32,000 nucleotides of DNA from Thermoproteus tenax Kra 1. Lineage in GTDB: Archaea > Thermoproteota > Thermoprotei > Thermoproteales > Thermoproteaceae. A program made the translations under genes and the position numbers. This document shows positions 24,660 through 32,000 of the stretch, one piece after another (position 1 is the first letter of the stretch; each line of letters opens with the position of its first letter). Where the stretch lies: the NCBI RefSeq assembly GCF_000253055.1, contig NC_016070.1, positions 1,380,001 to 1,412,000 of the forward strand. The letters are read 5' to 3'. The notes under the pieces are model-generated. The model was given only the letters and a program-made list of their open reading frames with translations. It did not search any database and was not told the origin of the DNA.

Positions 24660-25091
24660 TCATCTCGCAGCCCTTTCCGCCATTTTCTCAGCCAGAGTTG
24701 TCCAGAAAATTTCCGCAAGTTCGTTTTTCTTCGGCGTATAACTCTTCGCTGCTTCAAGAACTAACGATGCCAGCTTTTTCTCCTCCTCGCTGGGCCGGAG
24801 CCCCAACATCTCTAGGACCCACGGGTTTTCTCTAAGGAATTCAGCCAACGCCTCAAGAGCGACCTTAACCGCGCTTTTCACGAGATCCTCTTGAGGGCAC
24901 TTCCTCTCTCCCTCTGTTTCGGCCCCTTTGCGCAAACGCTCTACTTCCTCCTCTGGAATAAGCCATTTTTCTCCCTCTCTTACCGCCTTTATTTTCCCTT
25001 TCCTTGCCCAATATCTAACTGCTGCTGGAGTCACATTTAGTATTTTTGCTACTTCTTCCGTAGTGTAAAATTTCATACCTCCTTTTCTCAT
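24660..25091 (-). CDS. helix-turn-helix DNA-binding protein, excisionase/MerR-like HTH
   Basis: FYTTEEVAKILNVTPAAVRYWARKGKIKAVREGEKWLIPEEEVERL matches the excisionase-family HTH pattern. The protein is K/E-rich and purine-rich, which differs from its neighbours. Confidence 0.7.
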   Translation of the reverse strand: MRKGGMKFYTTEEVAKILNVTPAAVRYWARKGKIKAVREGEKWLIPEEEVERLRKGAETEGERKCPQEDLVKSAVKVALEALAEFLRENPWVLEMLGLRPSEEEKKLASLVLEAAKSYTPKKNELAEIFWTTLAEKMAERAAR

Positions 25092-25131
25092 CGAGGAAAA
25101 AAGCTTTTCTCGTTTTATTTTTGCTTGAGCT

Positions 25132-27024
25132 CTACACTATGCTTCTTATAATCTCGTCTATCGCCTTAGTTCTAATGGCGACCGCCACAGCAATGTAGTG
25201 GAACACTACAGTGACAGCCGCTACCAACAGAGTGTCCCACGGGAATGGTATCACGGTATTCAGCCCGAACGGGCCGTAGTATGAGATGATCAACATAGTG
25301 ATCATATAGGCAGGAAGCCAGAGCCCGGCCTTTATCTCTAACTTTGCCTCAGGCCTCACAGCTCTGTACATAAACAGCAGACCGAGGCCTACGGCTGCCG
25401 ATAGCGCCACTATGAAGGTCCAGAAGGCTACATCATTGGGGGCGGACAGCCCGTTCGTTGCGCTGTACAGATACCAGAGGGATAGAGCTATAACTATCGC
25501 GGAGCCCCAACCTAGAGCGTTTGCGCGCGCCTCGCTCAGCCCAAGCATCTTATGTCCATAGTAGCCTAAGAACAACGGCAAGCCTGCAAATACCGATACT
25601 ACTACCATAGAGAGAGTTGCGAAGCCTGCCCAATACACTACGAGACCCGCCGCGGCCGTTGCTATTGGCGCTATTATGGAGGCGCCCTTCAGCTTGAACG
25701 GGCGGTTAAGCTCTGGAGCGGTCCTCCTCAAGGCCTCTAGCCCTATACCTCCCATCATATACGTGAGAACTGTGGCGGACCCCTCGTAGGTGACTATAGC
25801 CTGCCAGGTGGGGAAGGGCAGAAGGAAGAGACCCCCTATTATTAATCCCACTATTAACGACAGGGTGGGCACCTTGGTCTTACCGAGTTTCATAAACATC
25901 TCTGGCAGATATCCGTTGGCGGCCAAGCCGTATAGAGACCTGGTTGTCGTGCCCGTATATATCCAACCGGTGCCCATAGGGGAAATTACGGCGTCTATAA
26001 GTAGCACTATTATGATGATGCCTAAAATGGGCGCCAAGAGGGGCTTTATCTCAGCTATATATGTTATAATGCTTGCGTAAGGGCTTGACGCTATGTTGCT
26101 GTTGGGCAATGCAGTCCAATTGCCCGGGGTCACTGCGACGCCGGAGACTGTTATACGGCTCCAGTCAAGAGCTCCAATAAACGCTGTTTGAAGGAGTGCG
26201 TAAAGCAATAGCGCTATAAGGAGCGTGCCCACTACCGCAAACGGTATGTCCCTCTGGGGGTTCCTTCCCTCGCCTGCATATTCTATCGATTGCCTGAAGC
26301 CTGAGTAGGAAAACACTATACCCGCCGCAGGTATTGCGTACAATATGGCGGTCCATCCAACATATGGTGCTGTACCAGTTGTGGGTATGAAGCCTCCCCC
26401 CGCCGTCAAATTCAACGCATTGAAATATGTAGAAACCAATATGAAGCCCGTGACGGCCGGGACTATTAACTTCCACCAACCCGTTAAGTGCGATGCAGTC
26501 CCTAAGACTTTAACTCCGAGATAATTTAATAATCCATAGAAAATCATAAAGAGAATTACAACTGAATAATATACGATTTGTGATTGTGAGATTTGTGGTA
26601 CCAAATAAGTTAAATAATTGGTGGAAGCCAAAGCCTCTGTGGGGGCCGTCGTAGCTGCCGATAAGAGATAGGCCCACGCCATTAAAAAGCCGGCCACTCC
26701 TCCGTGGGTATAGTGAGCGTATCTGACGATGCCTCCCGACTTGGGGATCGCCGAGCTTATCTCAGCGTAAGCTAACCCTATCGTCAACATCAAAAGCCCA
26801 CCTATGATCCAAGAGAGTATGGCGGCAGCGCCCGCATAGGAGGCGGCGTATAGAGCGGCGAAGAGCCAACCTGAGCCAATCACGCCGCCCAACGAGAGAT
26901 ACAGGAGCTCCCAACGCGATAAGACTTTGCGCAGTTCTTTGTCGTAAACAATGCCCTTGTCAGGCGCGATGCCGGTCTCCTTGTCGCGGCTATTTTGATA
27001 TCCTTGATTCATGAAAATTATCAT
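25132..27024 (-). CDS. APC-superfamily amino acid/polyamine permease
   Basis: A 630-aa protein with at least 12 predicted TM segments. The N-terminal signature is LSLGGVIGSGWLFAALYAA...AYAEISSAIPKSGGIVRY. Confidence 0.85.
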   Translation of the reverse strand: MIIFMNQGYQNSRDKETGIAPDKGIVYDKELRKVLSRWELLYLSLGGVIGSGWLFAALYAASYAGAAAILSWIIGGLLMLTIGLAYAEISSAIPKSGGIVRYAHYTHGGVAGFLMAWAYLLSAATTAPTEALASTNYLTYLVPQISQSQIVYYSVVILFMIFYGLLNYLGVKVLGTASHLTGWWKLIVPAVTGFILVSTYFNALNLTAGGGFIPTTGTAPYVGWTAILYAIPAAGIVFSYSGFRQSIEYAGEGRNPQRDIPFAVVGTLLIALLLYALLQTAFIGALDWSRITVSGVAVTPGNWTALPNSNIASSPYASIITYIAEIKPLLAPILGIIIIVLLIDAVISPMGTGWIYTGTTTRSLYGLAANGYLPEMFMKLGKTKVPTLSLIVGLIIGGLFLLPFPTWQAIVTYEGSATVLTYMMGGIGLEALRRTAPELNRPFKLKGASIIAPIATAAAGLVVYWAGFATLSMVVVSVFAGLPLFLGYYGHKMLGLSEARANALGWGSAIVIALSLWYLYSATNGLSAPNDVAFWTFIVALSAAVGLGLLFMYRAVRPEAKLEIKAGLWLPAYMITMLIISYYGPFGLNTVIPFPWDTLLVAAVTVVFHYIAVAVAIRTKAIDEIIRSIV

Positions 27025-27101
27025 TTATATATCCCATTTATAAATGTATATTTGGGCTAGATGCCTAAGTGCTATTTTAATATTAGGCCCTTAGTACGTC
27101 A

Positions 27102-27824
27102 ATGAATGAAACCTCATCGGCCTATGTAGTTGTAGCCGCCCTAGCGATAGCCATCGCCTCATATGTAGCCGTGAAGATAGGTCTCTCACGCCTTGCGGAC
27201 AAATTGGGCATCGAGCTGCCAGCGTTCTTCACAGGCGTTTCGGCTCTCTCCGCCTTCACTATATTTTTATCGATTACTTCAATAGTTTTTAACCTATTAC
27301 CACTATTTACATTAACAATAGTAATTCTTGTTTTTATTTTGGTAGGATTTCTTATAGCAGTACGGCATGTTCTGGAGGAGTACTTCGCGGGCACTCTGTC
27401 CTCTAAAATCTATGGGATACATGTGGGCGACTACATACGCCTGGGAAGAGTCGCAGGCTACATCACAGCGATGAAGCCCACTTCTCTCGTCGTGCGCGAC
27501 ATGCGCCGCAACCTCGTCTACATACCCTACACCAAGCTACTTCACGAGGTCTTCAGAGTGGTTAAGATAGAGGAGGGCTATGAGCTCAGAGTCTACATAT
27601 ACGTGCCGCATGGGACAGATATTTCTAAACTGAGGGATGAGCTGGCAACTGTGGCGGCTGAATACGGCATAGAGGGCTTCAGAATAGACCTAGAGCATAT
27701 AGGCTTTAGAGGCGCCGTGCTCGCCGCGCGCGGCATACTGAGAGACCCAAGGAGGGAGGAGGAGGCTCGGTTCGCGCTCCTAGACAAGGCATATTCCGTT
27801 CTCACGGCCGGAGGTCTGAAATAG
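27102..27824 (+). CDS. MscS-like small mechanosensitive channel family protein
   Basis: Three N-terminal TM helices are followed by IHVGDYIRLGRVAGYITAMKPTSLVVRDMRRNLVYIPYTKL, an MscS beta-domain pattern. Confidence 0.65.
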   Translation: MNETSSAYVVVAALAIAIASYVAVKIGLSRLADKLGIELPAFFTGVSALSAFTIFLSITSIVFNLLPLFTLTIVILVFILVGFLIAVRHVLEEYFAGTLSSKIYGIHVGDYIRLGRVAGYITAMKPTSLVVRDMRRNLVYIPYTKLLHEVFRVVKIEEGYELRVYIYVPHGTDISKLRDELATVAAEYGIEGFRIDLEHIGFRGAVLAARGILRDPRREEEARFALLDKAYSVLTAGGLK

Positions 27825-27858
27825 AGCTGGGAGCTCCGCGCCCGGTCGGCGTGTTAAT

Positions 27859-28491
27859 CTAAGAGGACAGATCCTTTAGGGAATCTATGGGGCCTATGGC
27901 CATGAAATAGTCGCCTTCTTGGATCTCCGAGTCCGGCGATGTCGTGAATTCGTCGCCCCTCAAAATGGCGGCTTTAACTCCGTATGACTCATCGACGTCT
28001 CTTATAGTGTGGCCTAAAACCTTGGAGTCCGACGTCACCAACATCTCAAGGAATCCTATGTTCCCTCTTATGGGGGTAATCCTCGTGAACTTCAGGTCTA
28101 ACACTCTATATAGCCTTCCCAACAGACACTGGGATGCGCTGACCGCGATTATGCCGAACTTGTCGGCCTCCTCCTCGAAACGATTATTGCGCAATACGGC
28201 CACCACGCGCGGAATCCCTCTGGATCTGCAAAACTTAGCTAAAGATATATTTAGAGAATCATTGAATGAAATAAAAAGAGCAATCTCTATATCTTCTAAT
28301 CCAATTTTATTTAATAGCTCTTCATAATTCTCGCTTTTTATAGTATGTATATAAACTGGATATTTTGTGAACTCCCTTCCTCTATCTTCATTCGAGACCA
28401 AGTGGATTATGTATCCATTTTCGGCCAACGCCTCAATGACTATTCTCGTCAGATCGTCGCCACTGTCGAGCACGAGAGCCCTCTTGGCCAC
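27859..28491 (-). CDS. TrkA/RCK-domain protein (degenerate TrkA-N plus TrkA-C)
   Basis: The C-terminus LEMLVTSDSKVLGHTIRDVD...VKAAILRGDEFTTSPDSEIQEGDYFMAIGP is a typical TrkA-C. The N-terminal Rossmann-like part lacks GxGxxG. Confidence 0.65.
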   Translation of the reverse strand: MAKRALVLDSGDDLTRIVIEALAENGYIIHLVSNEDRGREFTKYPVYIHTIKSENYEELLNKIGLEDIEIALFISFNDSLNISLAKFCRSRGIPRVVAVLRNNRFEEEADKFGIIAVSASQCLLGRLYRVLDLKFTRITPIRGNIGFLEMLVTSDSKVLGHTIRDVDESYGVKAAILRGDEFTTSPDSEIQEGDYFMAIGPIDSLKDLSS

Positions 28492-28529
28492 GAGATACCA
28501 GGTGAGTATTAATATATCATTGGGCGTTG

Positions 28530-29681
28530 CTACTGCCTAAATAGTTGAAACATTAGTACTACTATTATTACCTCTAAATATATTATAAATAATTTTATAT
28601 TTTTTCTATTGTTTAAAAATATTGATATAAATTTATAATATATTAATGACCCTATTAAAACAGAGATAATACCCTCGAACGCGCCGTAGGCCAACGGTAG
28701 CGCCGAAGATATCGAGAGACCCGTGAAAAATTTTGCTAAGTTAGATGCCGATCTGCTCGTTATCCTTGACCTTGTTGCAAATAATATTATTTTCTCATTT
28801 ATTATAGATAATAAACTAATTACTATATAAATAATTATTACTAATAAGAAATTGAATAAAATTATACTTTGATACTCCTTTGAGTAATTTGCTATAACCG
28901 GCACCATCTCGGTCGCGCCCAAAAGAGAGAATAACAATGGGAACTCCCAAGGGGCGTGGGGGGCCATGTGGTCTCCCGCCAACAGAGCTATGTCGCCGGA
29001 GGTGTGAGTTATCCGCGAAGTGAGCGGCTGATAGCGCCGCCCATATCTCTCCTTTACAAACTTAATATAGAGGTCATAAGATCTGGGGCCAACCGATCTA
29101 TAAACATACACATCAGCTTGTATCTCCAATATTCTTATAATTACTATCAATAAATATAAAGTACTTATTATTAGACTCGATGAAAATATGTATATATATT
29201 GTGGAGTTTGAGGGCCCATTAATATATACATAGAGGAGAGGGCGGAGACTTCCCCGAACAGCATAGAGCCTATCGTCCAGACTTTGGCAGGATGTCTAAA
29301 CCGCGCGTGCGCCTCCTCATGCAGGGCGATAAACCTCTCGACTTCGGCGTCGTCGGCGATGACCACAGAGATGGATCTGTAAAGGCCGCCTACAGTGAAG
29401 CCGCGGGGCTTGTCGTGAGGCGAGCGTACTCTTACTATCTTGAACTCCCTCTCGAGACCGATAAGGCGGCCGACGGTCTCCTCCACTAGATATACTGCAA
29501 AGAGGAATAGAGAGGCTCCTGACGATAACAAAAGCAGGTAAAGCTCAAGAGACGCGTACGGGCCTCCTAGCATGGGTGAGATCAACCTACCCAACGTCTC
29601 AAGTAGGTAGAGTATGAGCAGACCTGAAGGCACTAACGCAGACGATAGAACGAGCGATAGTCTGACGATGCTGATTTGCAC
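28530..29681 (-). CDS. polytopic membrane protein with an HExxH metalloprotease motif (M48/M56-like)
   Basis: FIALHEEAHARFRHP is flanked by many TM segments. The termini are encoded by strongly AT-rich DNA. Confidence 0.6.
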   Translation of the reverse strand: MQISIVRLSLVLSSALVPSGLLILYLLETLGRLISPMLGGPYASLELYLLLLSSGASLFLFAVYLVEETVGRLIGLEREFKIVRVRSPHDKPRGFTVGGLYRSISVVIADDAEVERFIALHEEAHARFRHPAKVWTIGSMLFGEVSALSSMYILMGPQTPQYIYIFSSSLIISTLYLLIVIIRILEIQADVYVYRSVGPRSYDLYIKFVKERYGRRYQPLTSRITHTSGDIALLAGDHMAPHAPWEFPLLFSLLGATEMVPVIANYSKEYQSIILFNFLLVIIIYIVISLLSIINEKIILFATRSRITSRSASNLAKFFTGLSISSALPLAYGAFEGIISVLIGSLIYYKFISIFLNNRKNIKLFIIYLEVIIVVLMFQLFRQ

Positions 29682-29699
29682 GTGAACATTAGAATTATA

Positions 29700-30110
29700 C
29701 TTTTGAGTTTAGAGGCTCTCTGTCAGTCTTTGTTCCGTGTCGCCGGCTATCCTTGAGGGGCTCGGGCGTGCCTATAGATACGCCTTCGGGCAACCGCAGA
29801 AGCGCGGAGGACTTGTCGCGCGAACGGTCACCGCGGGCTACGACGATCGGCCGAACCCCCAGAGCTTGTTGGCCCATAGTGAGAGGGGGCCACGAGTTTA
29901 AAAGCGAGATCCCTTGCCGCAATCTGCGCAGTCGGATGACCTCTCTCCTCGCCCCTGCCGTCCAGGAGTTGGGTTCTACAAATGTGTCACAATGGGTTAG
30001 GAGAGTGCGATTGTCGGGAGTCAACTTTCTATCATTTCGGATATCTGATGATAGGGGCGCCGAAAGTTGGATGAGGCGTTTTATGTTGATATAAATCGTT
30101 TATCCCTCTA
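29700..30110. ncRNA. about 400-bp GC-rich gene-free region; candidate structured RNA gene(s), family unresolved
   Basis: The only ORFs are mutually antisense and Arg/Ser/Gly/Pro-rich (29695..30024(-) and 29753..30094(+)). Many short GC helices are present: ggcgt..acgcc at 29765-29784, ccgc-agaa-gcgcgg, and ccccc..ggggg. An internal gtttaaaag box lies at 29896-29904 and a CTGATGA at 30045-30051. Confidence 0.35.
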
Positions 30111-30218
30111 ATTAAGTCATGGACCCAGAGGCTATATATATCCTCGACACTCTTGACGACATAAGTCAAGAGGAAATGTGCAATGGCGTCTCAGCTACGG
30201 CAAGGCCCGCCGCTAGCC

Positions 30219-30779
30219 ATGCAGATCTTTAGGCCGTATATAGACTGGAGCAGAAGCGCCGGCGTATTGGACGACAAAAGGCTAGGAAAGCAGAGAGTGG
30301 AGGCTAAACAAGTCATACTGGCTATATTGAGGAGGCTGGGGGTATTGCAGGACGGAAGGAGGGGATGGCTGAATCACCCAATCGTTCTGTTGTATTACAA
30401 TAGAGGCATACCATACATAGAAGACTTAATAGGCTTCTTCCACGCAACCGTTGAGGAGTGGGTTCGTAGAGGACACCAGAACAACATCTCTCTCGATGAT
30501 ATAGAGTCCTTGCTCTCTAGAGTCCCTAGGGCCAAGGGCACGCCTATCACTCACGTCCACGAGGTAGAGTATAGAAGAGTGCTTCTGCTCAAGGATCCCT
30601 GCCATTACTTAAGGAAGTTCAGCAAAGAGGAGGTAGAGGAGGTGGTCGAGAGCGAGCCGGTCCCCCTCAAGGGGATAAACACTTGGATATTCGACGTCTA
30701 CGAACAATATGGGGAGTTCGTGCGGAGGCTCAAGTCGGGCGACATCGATTGTAGACCTATTTTCCCAAGGAGGATTTAA
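30219..30779 (+). CDS. conserved protein resembling the pyrimidine-dimer DNA glycosylase (T4 EndoV-like) superfamily (tentative)
   Basis: The N-terminus is MQIFRPYIDWSRSAGVLDDKRLGKQRVEAKQVILAIL...GWLNHPIVLLY...EWVRRGHQN. I recognise this pattern from a widespread family that starts MQxF.PY..LD..RLGKQR.E. The track ORF starts at 30183. Confidence 0.55.
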   Translation: MQIFRPYIDWSRSAGVLDDKRLGKQRVEAKQVILAILRRLGVLQDGRRGWLNHPIVLLYYNRGIPYIEDLIGFFHATVEEWVRRGHQNNISLDDIESLLSRVPRAKGTPITHVHEVEYRRVLLLKDPCHYLRKFSKEEVEEVVESEPVPLKGINTWIFDVYEQYGEFVRRLKSGDIDCRPIFPRRI

Positions 30780-31273
30780 CGGCGCAGACGTAACCTTAAG
30801 AAGCATTTGTCGCAGAAGCCCGGCCCCTTCAAGTCTGTATCATGAACCGTGTTGCTGAAGTACATAACGCACCGCGGATCCCCGCAGTGGCCTAAGCCGA
30901 ACGTGTGGCCTAGCTCATGGATTATCTCTTTGGCGATCCTCTCGTAGAACAGCTCTCGCTCAGCCGCAAGTCTCTCTGTGAAGACTACGGCTATATTGCC
31001 TTGAGCTACACCAAAGACGAAGTTAAGACCAGGGACGTATCCGTCGCCTACAACAACATAGACTGCTCTGTCGCGCCCTCTGGGTCTCGGCAACAGAGAC
31101 AGCGCCTTGTCGGCCCTAATCTGTCCCCTTCGTGCATCAAACGACCGTGCCTTGACCTCGGACAGATCCGCCTTCTTCAGCTCGACGCCGACGAGACCTC
31201 TAAAGGCCGAGGACACTGTGTCAATGACGTAGTTGGGCAGGTCGAGCTCCGCGACTATGAGGACAGAAGCCAT
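30776..31273 (-). CDS. amzA: archaemetzincin (peptidase M54)
   Basis: HELGHTFGLGHCGDPRCVMYFSNTVHDTDLKGPGFCDKC contains HExxHxxGxxH plus a Cys4 zinc site. ATG 31273 is preferred because it avoids a divergent overlap with the next gene. Confidence 0.85.
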   Translation of the reverse strand: MASVLIVAELDLPNYVIDTVSSAFRGLVGVELKKADLSEVKARSFDARRGQIRADKALSLLPRPRGRDRAVYVVVGDGYVPGLNFVFGVAQGNIAVVFTERLAAERELFYERIAKEIIHELGHTFGLGHCGDPRCVMYFSNTVHDTDLKGPGFCDKCFLRLRLRR

Positions 31274-31298
31274 ATCTATTTGTTCTTGAGAACTTTTT

Positions 31299-31994
31299 AT
31301 GAACAAAGTTATTGAGGCGCTGAGGCGAGGCGCCGTGATAGGCCACAGAGGCTATCCTCTGAGACGGCGGGAGAACACTCTGGCCTCATTCGCCGCAGCT
31401 ATCGAGGCAGGCGCCGATATTGTCGAGATGGACGTCCGGTCCACAAAGGATGGAGTAGTCGTGGTCTCCCACGACGACAAGATAGCTGTGGCGGGCGGGT
31501 ACGTCGACATTAGGGAGTCGAGGTGGCTCGACATATCTACAATTAAAGTGGGCGGTGAGCCCATCCCCCGCCTCGAGGATGCGCTCTCGTTAATAGACGG
31601 AAAAGTCGGCGTGTTTATCGAAATAAAGGATCCTGCGGACGCCCCGCTGGTCGCCGAATTAGTGAAGGGTATGTCCGCTGAGAATTGGGTTGCCGTGATA
31701 AGTTTTCACGAAGAGGCGCTGATGAAAACTAGAGGACTCGCGCCATTGGGTCTCATTTACGCCCGTCCGCCCGGCAAGATAGAGACGGCTAGACGGCTCA
31801 GTTGTGACATAGTCCTGCCCAACTTCCGGTTGGCCACGGCGAAGGCCATAGCCTTTGCCCATAGACTCGGCTTGTTGGTGGCCGCTTGGACGGTCAACGA
31901 CTACGATGTTATGAGAATGCTCTGGGCCAGAGGAGTTGACGGAATCGCCAGCGATGACGTAGAGTTGGCCGTTAAATCAAGAAAAAGTATTTAG
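31299..31994 (+). CDS. glycerophosphodiester phosphodiesterase (GDPD family)
   Basis: Motifs are VIGHRGYPLRRRENTLASFAAAIEAGADIVEMDVRSTKDGVVVVSHDD and FIEIK. Confidence 0.85.
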   Translation: MNKVIEALRRGAVIGHRGYPLRRRENTLASFAAAIEAGADIVEMDVRSTKDGVVVVSHDDKIAVAGGYVDIRESRWLDISTIKVGGEPIPRLEDALSLIDGKVGVFIEIKDPADAPLVAELVKGMSAENWVAVISFHEEALMKTRGLAPLGLIYARPPGKIETARRLSCDIVLPNFRLATAKAIAFAHRLGLLVAAWTVNDYDVMRMLWARGVDGIASDDVELAVKSRKSI

Positions 31995-32000
31995 TTATTC

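Noticed and set aside
30041-30075. C/D box sRNA
   Set aside because: A CTGATGA C-box-like motif is present, but no CTGA D box lies at an appropriate distance on that strand.
29700-30110. RNase P RNA assignment (type A or reduced type T)
   Set aside because: The closest CR-I-like string is ACAAGTCCTCC (minus strand), compared with the GAGGAAAGUCC consensus. No complementary P4 3' strand (GGAGGCUU-like, preceded by ACAGAA) is present. I left it unassigned pending a covariance-model search.

Overview
This window looks like chromosomal DNA from a hyperthermophilic crenarchaeon, probably Thermoproteales-like. The evidence is three tRNA genes with non-canonical or multiple introns, an AGOG glycosylase, a split AcnX/UbiD mevalonate module, and TTTAAA-type A/T boxes about 20-30 nt upstream of most start codons, which implies leaderless transcripts. 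Gene density is high, with about 40 CDS, many with overlapping stop and start codons. Recognisable genes include Bud32, two radical-SAM proteins, PriL, AGOG, a Clp1-like kinase, EndA, GlyRS, RpoP, NMNAT, Hsp20, a RimI-like GNAT, archaemetzincin, GDPD, an APC permease, MscS-like and TrkA-like proteins, and a frameshifted agmatinase. The most unusual locus is a translationally coupled minus-strand operon at 6143-10252. It encodes a 946-aa AAA+/STAND-like ATPase, a 167-aa unknown protein and a NurA-like nuclease, with no HerA, Mre11 or Rad50 nearby. I propose it as an uncharacterised ATPase-nuclease system. Other notable points: tRNA-Arg(CCT) and tRNA-Lys(TTT) share the same body and both intron sequences. 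tRNA-Pro carries an intron in the T-arm. Four GC-rich gene-free islands look like structured RNAs but failed my by-eye motif checks for SRP RNA, RNase P RNA and 5S rRNA. Many ORFs contain striking AT-rich, N/I/K/Y-coding patches. No CRISPR array, rRNA or clear transposase or integrase is visible. All family calls come from motif recognition by eye; no database search was run.
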